From an uncultured Planctomycetota bacterium (GTDB lineage Bacteria; Planctomycetota; Phycisphaerae; Tepidisphaerales; Tepidisphaeraceae): a stretch of DNA of 64,000 nt. The translations under genes were made by a program, and so were the position numbers. Below the pieces are notes generated by a model that saw only the letters and a program-made list of their open reading frames with translations, was not told the origin of the DNA and did not search any database. The stretch spans positions 1,376,001 through 1,440,000 of the forward strand of contig CAWJEN010000006.1 of the NCBI GenBank assembly GCA_963841915.1, in the 5' to 3' direction. This document shows, in pieces, positions 63,202 through 64,000 of this stretch (positions within the stretch are counted from its first letter, which is position 1; each line of letters begins with the position of its first letter).

Positions 63202-64000
63202 TCACTCTGTCACCACGTCGTCGGCTGTGATTTCTAACCGAACCCGGTTCACCCGCTGCGGTTCTGCGCCGAGAATGGTGATGGCCACGCGTTTGCCGTT
63301 GTCGGTCTCACGCTCGAAGCTCGTGCCCTCGTCGGGGATACGGCCCAATGTGGTCGTGATGTATCCGCCGAGCGTTTCGTAGGCGTCGTTTTCTGTCAGG
63401 TGCAAGCCCATGAGGCGGTTGAGCTCCTCGACGCCGATCCGGGCGTCGACGTTGACCACATTGGGCGACTCGCGGTCGAACATGGCGTCTTCTGCATCCT
63501 CGTGCTCATCGGCGATGTCACCGACGAGCTCCTCGATGACGTCTTCAATGGTGACCAGCCCGCTCGTGCCGCCGTACTCGTCGAGCACGATCGCCATATG
63601 GATCTTTTGCAGCTGCATGTCGCGGAGCAGGTCGGCAAGGCGTTTGCTCTCGGGGACGACCAGCGGCTTTCGGAGCTGCTCATGGATGTCAAAGACGCGG
63701 GCCTCCGCCGCTTTCTCGCCGTTGCCGCCGTTCTTCTCGTCGAGCTGTTTGCCGACAAAGGGGAACAGGTCGCGGGCGTAGAGAACGCCGATGACGTGGT
63801 CGAGGGTGTCGCGGTAGACGGGGATTCGGCTGTAGCCGGACTTGTCGATGACTTCGAGAATGGTCTCGATCGAGGCCTCTTCGGGCAGGCCCACAACATC
63901 GCCGCGCGGCGTCATGGCTTGTTCTGCAATGACGTCCTGGAAGCGGAGCGTCCGCTCGATCATGACGCGTTCGCTCTCATCGATGACGCCTTCGTCGCGG
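63202..64000 (-). CDS. HlyC/CorC CBS-domain transporter (5' part outside window)
   Basis: AMTPRGD, YSRIPVY, HMAIVLDEYGGTSGLVTIEDVIEELVGDI, YETLGG. Confidence 0.93.
   Translation of the reverse strand, partial: RDEGVIDESERVMIERTLRFQDVIAEQAMTPRGDVVGLPEEASIETILEVIDKSGYSRIPVYRDTLDHVIGVLYARDLFPFVGKQLDEKNGGNGEKAAEARVFDIHEQLRKPLVVPESKRLADLLRDMQLQKIHMAIVLDEYGGTSGLVTIEDVIEELVGDIADEHEDAEDAMFDRESPNVVNVDARIGVEELNRLMGLHLTENDAYETLGGYITTTLGRIPDEGTSFERETDNGKRVAITILGAEPQRVNRVRLEITADDVVTE

Overview
GC-rich bacterial chromosomal segment, most likely from a Planctomycetota/Phycisphaerae genome (inferred from a DUF1559-type prepilin gene, PEP-CTERM plus dockerin-like proteins and an LEPR-XLL leader). Core content: flagellar flgB-flgC-fliE-fliF-fliG operon divergent from a large TM-TPR gene coupled to an FlgN-like gene; purB, trmB, nuoC, fabI, pdhAB, tatD, lptF/G, aat, bpt, ribBA, tsaB and eno; an ECF sigma/anti-sigma pair; two MCPs with sigma28-like promoters; three tRNAs (Arg-CCG, Gly-GCC, Pro-TGG); and three parS sites. 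An accessory patch at about 22.4-28.2 kb holds a cassette bracketed by a duplicated gene 3' end. The cassette reads: DUF2946/CruR-like CxxC+RGPP leader gene, hairpin, prepilin/H-X9-DG gene, His-rich PEP-CTERM gene. It is my best candidate for an undescribed system (metal-responsive, translationally controlled surface uptake module). Next to it lie a RAYT remnant with a REPIN, a 21-nt periodic array and other gene fragments. A plasmid-type parA + RHH pair sits behind a 50-bp (GCNN)11 palindrome. Four genes (pdhA, ribBA, tsaB, first MCP) are frameshifted, probably by assembly errors. All family calls come from motif recognition by eye; no searches were run.
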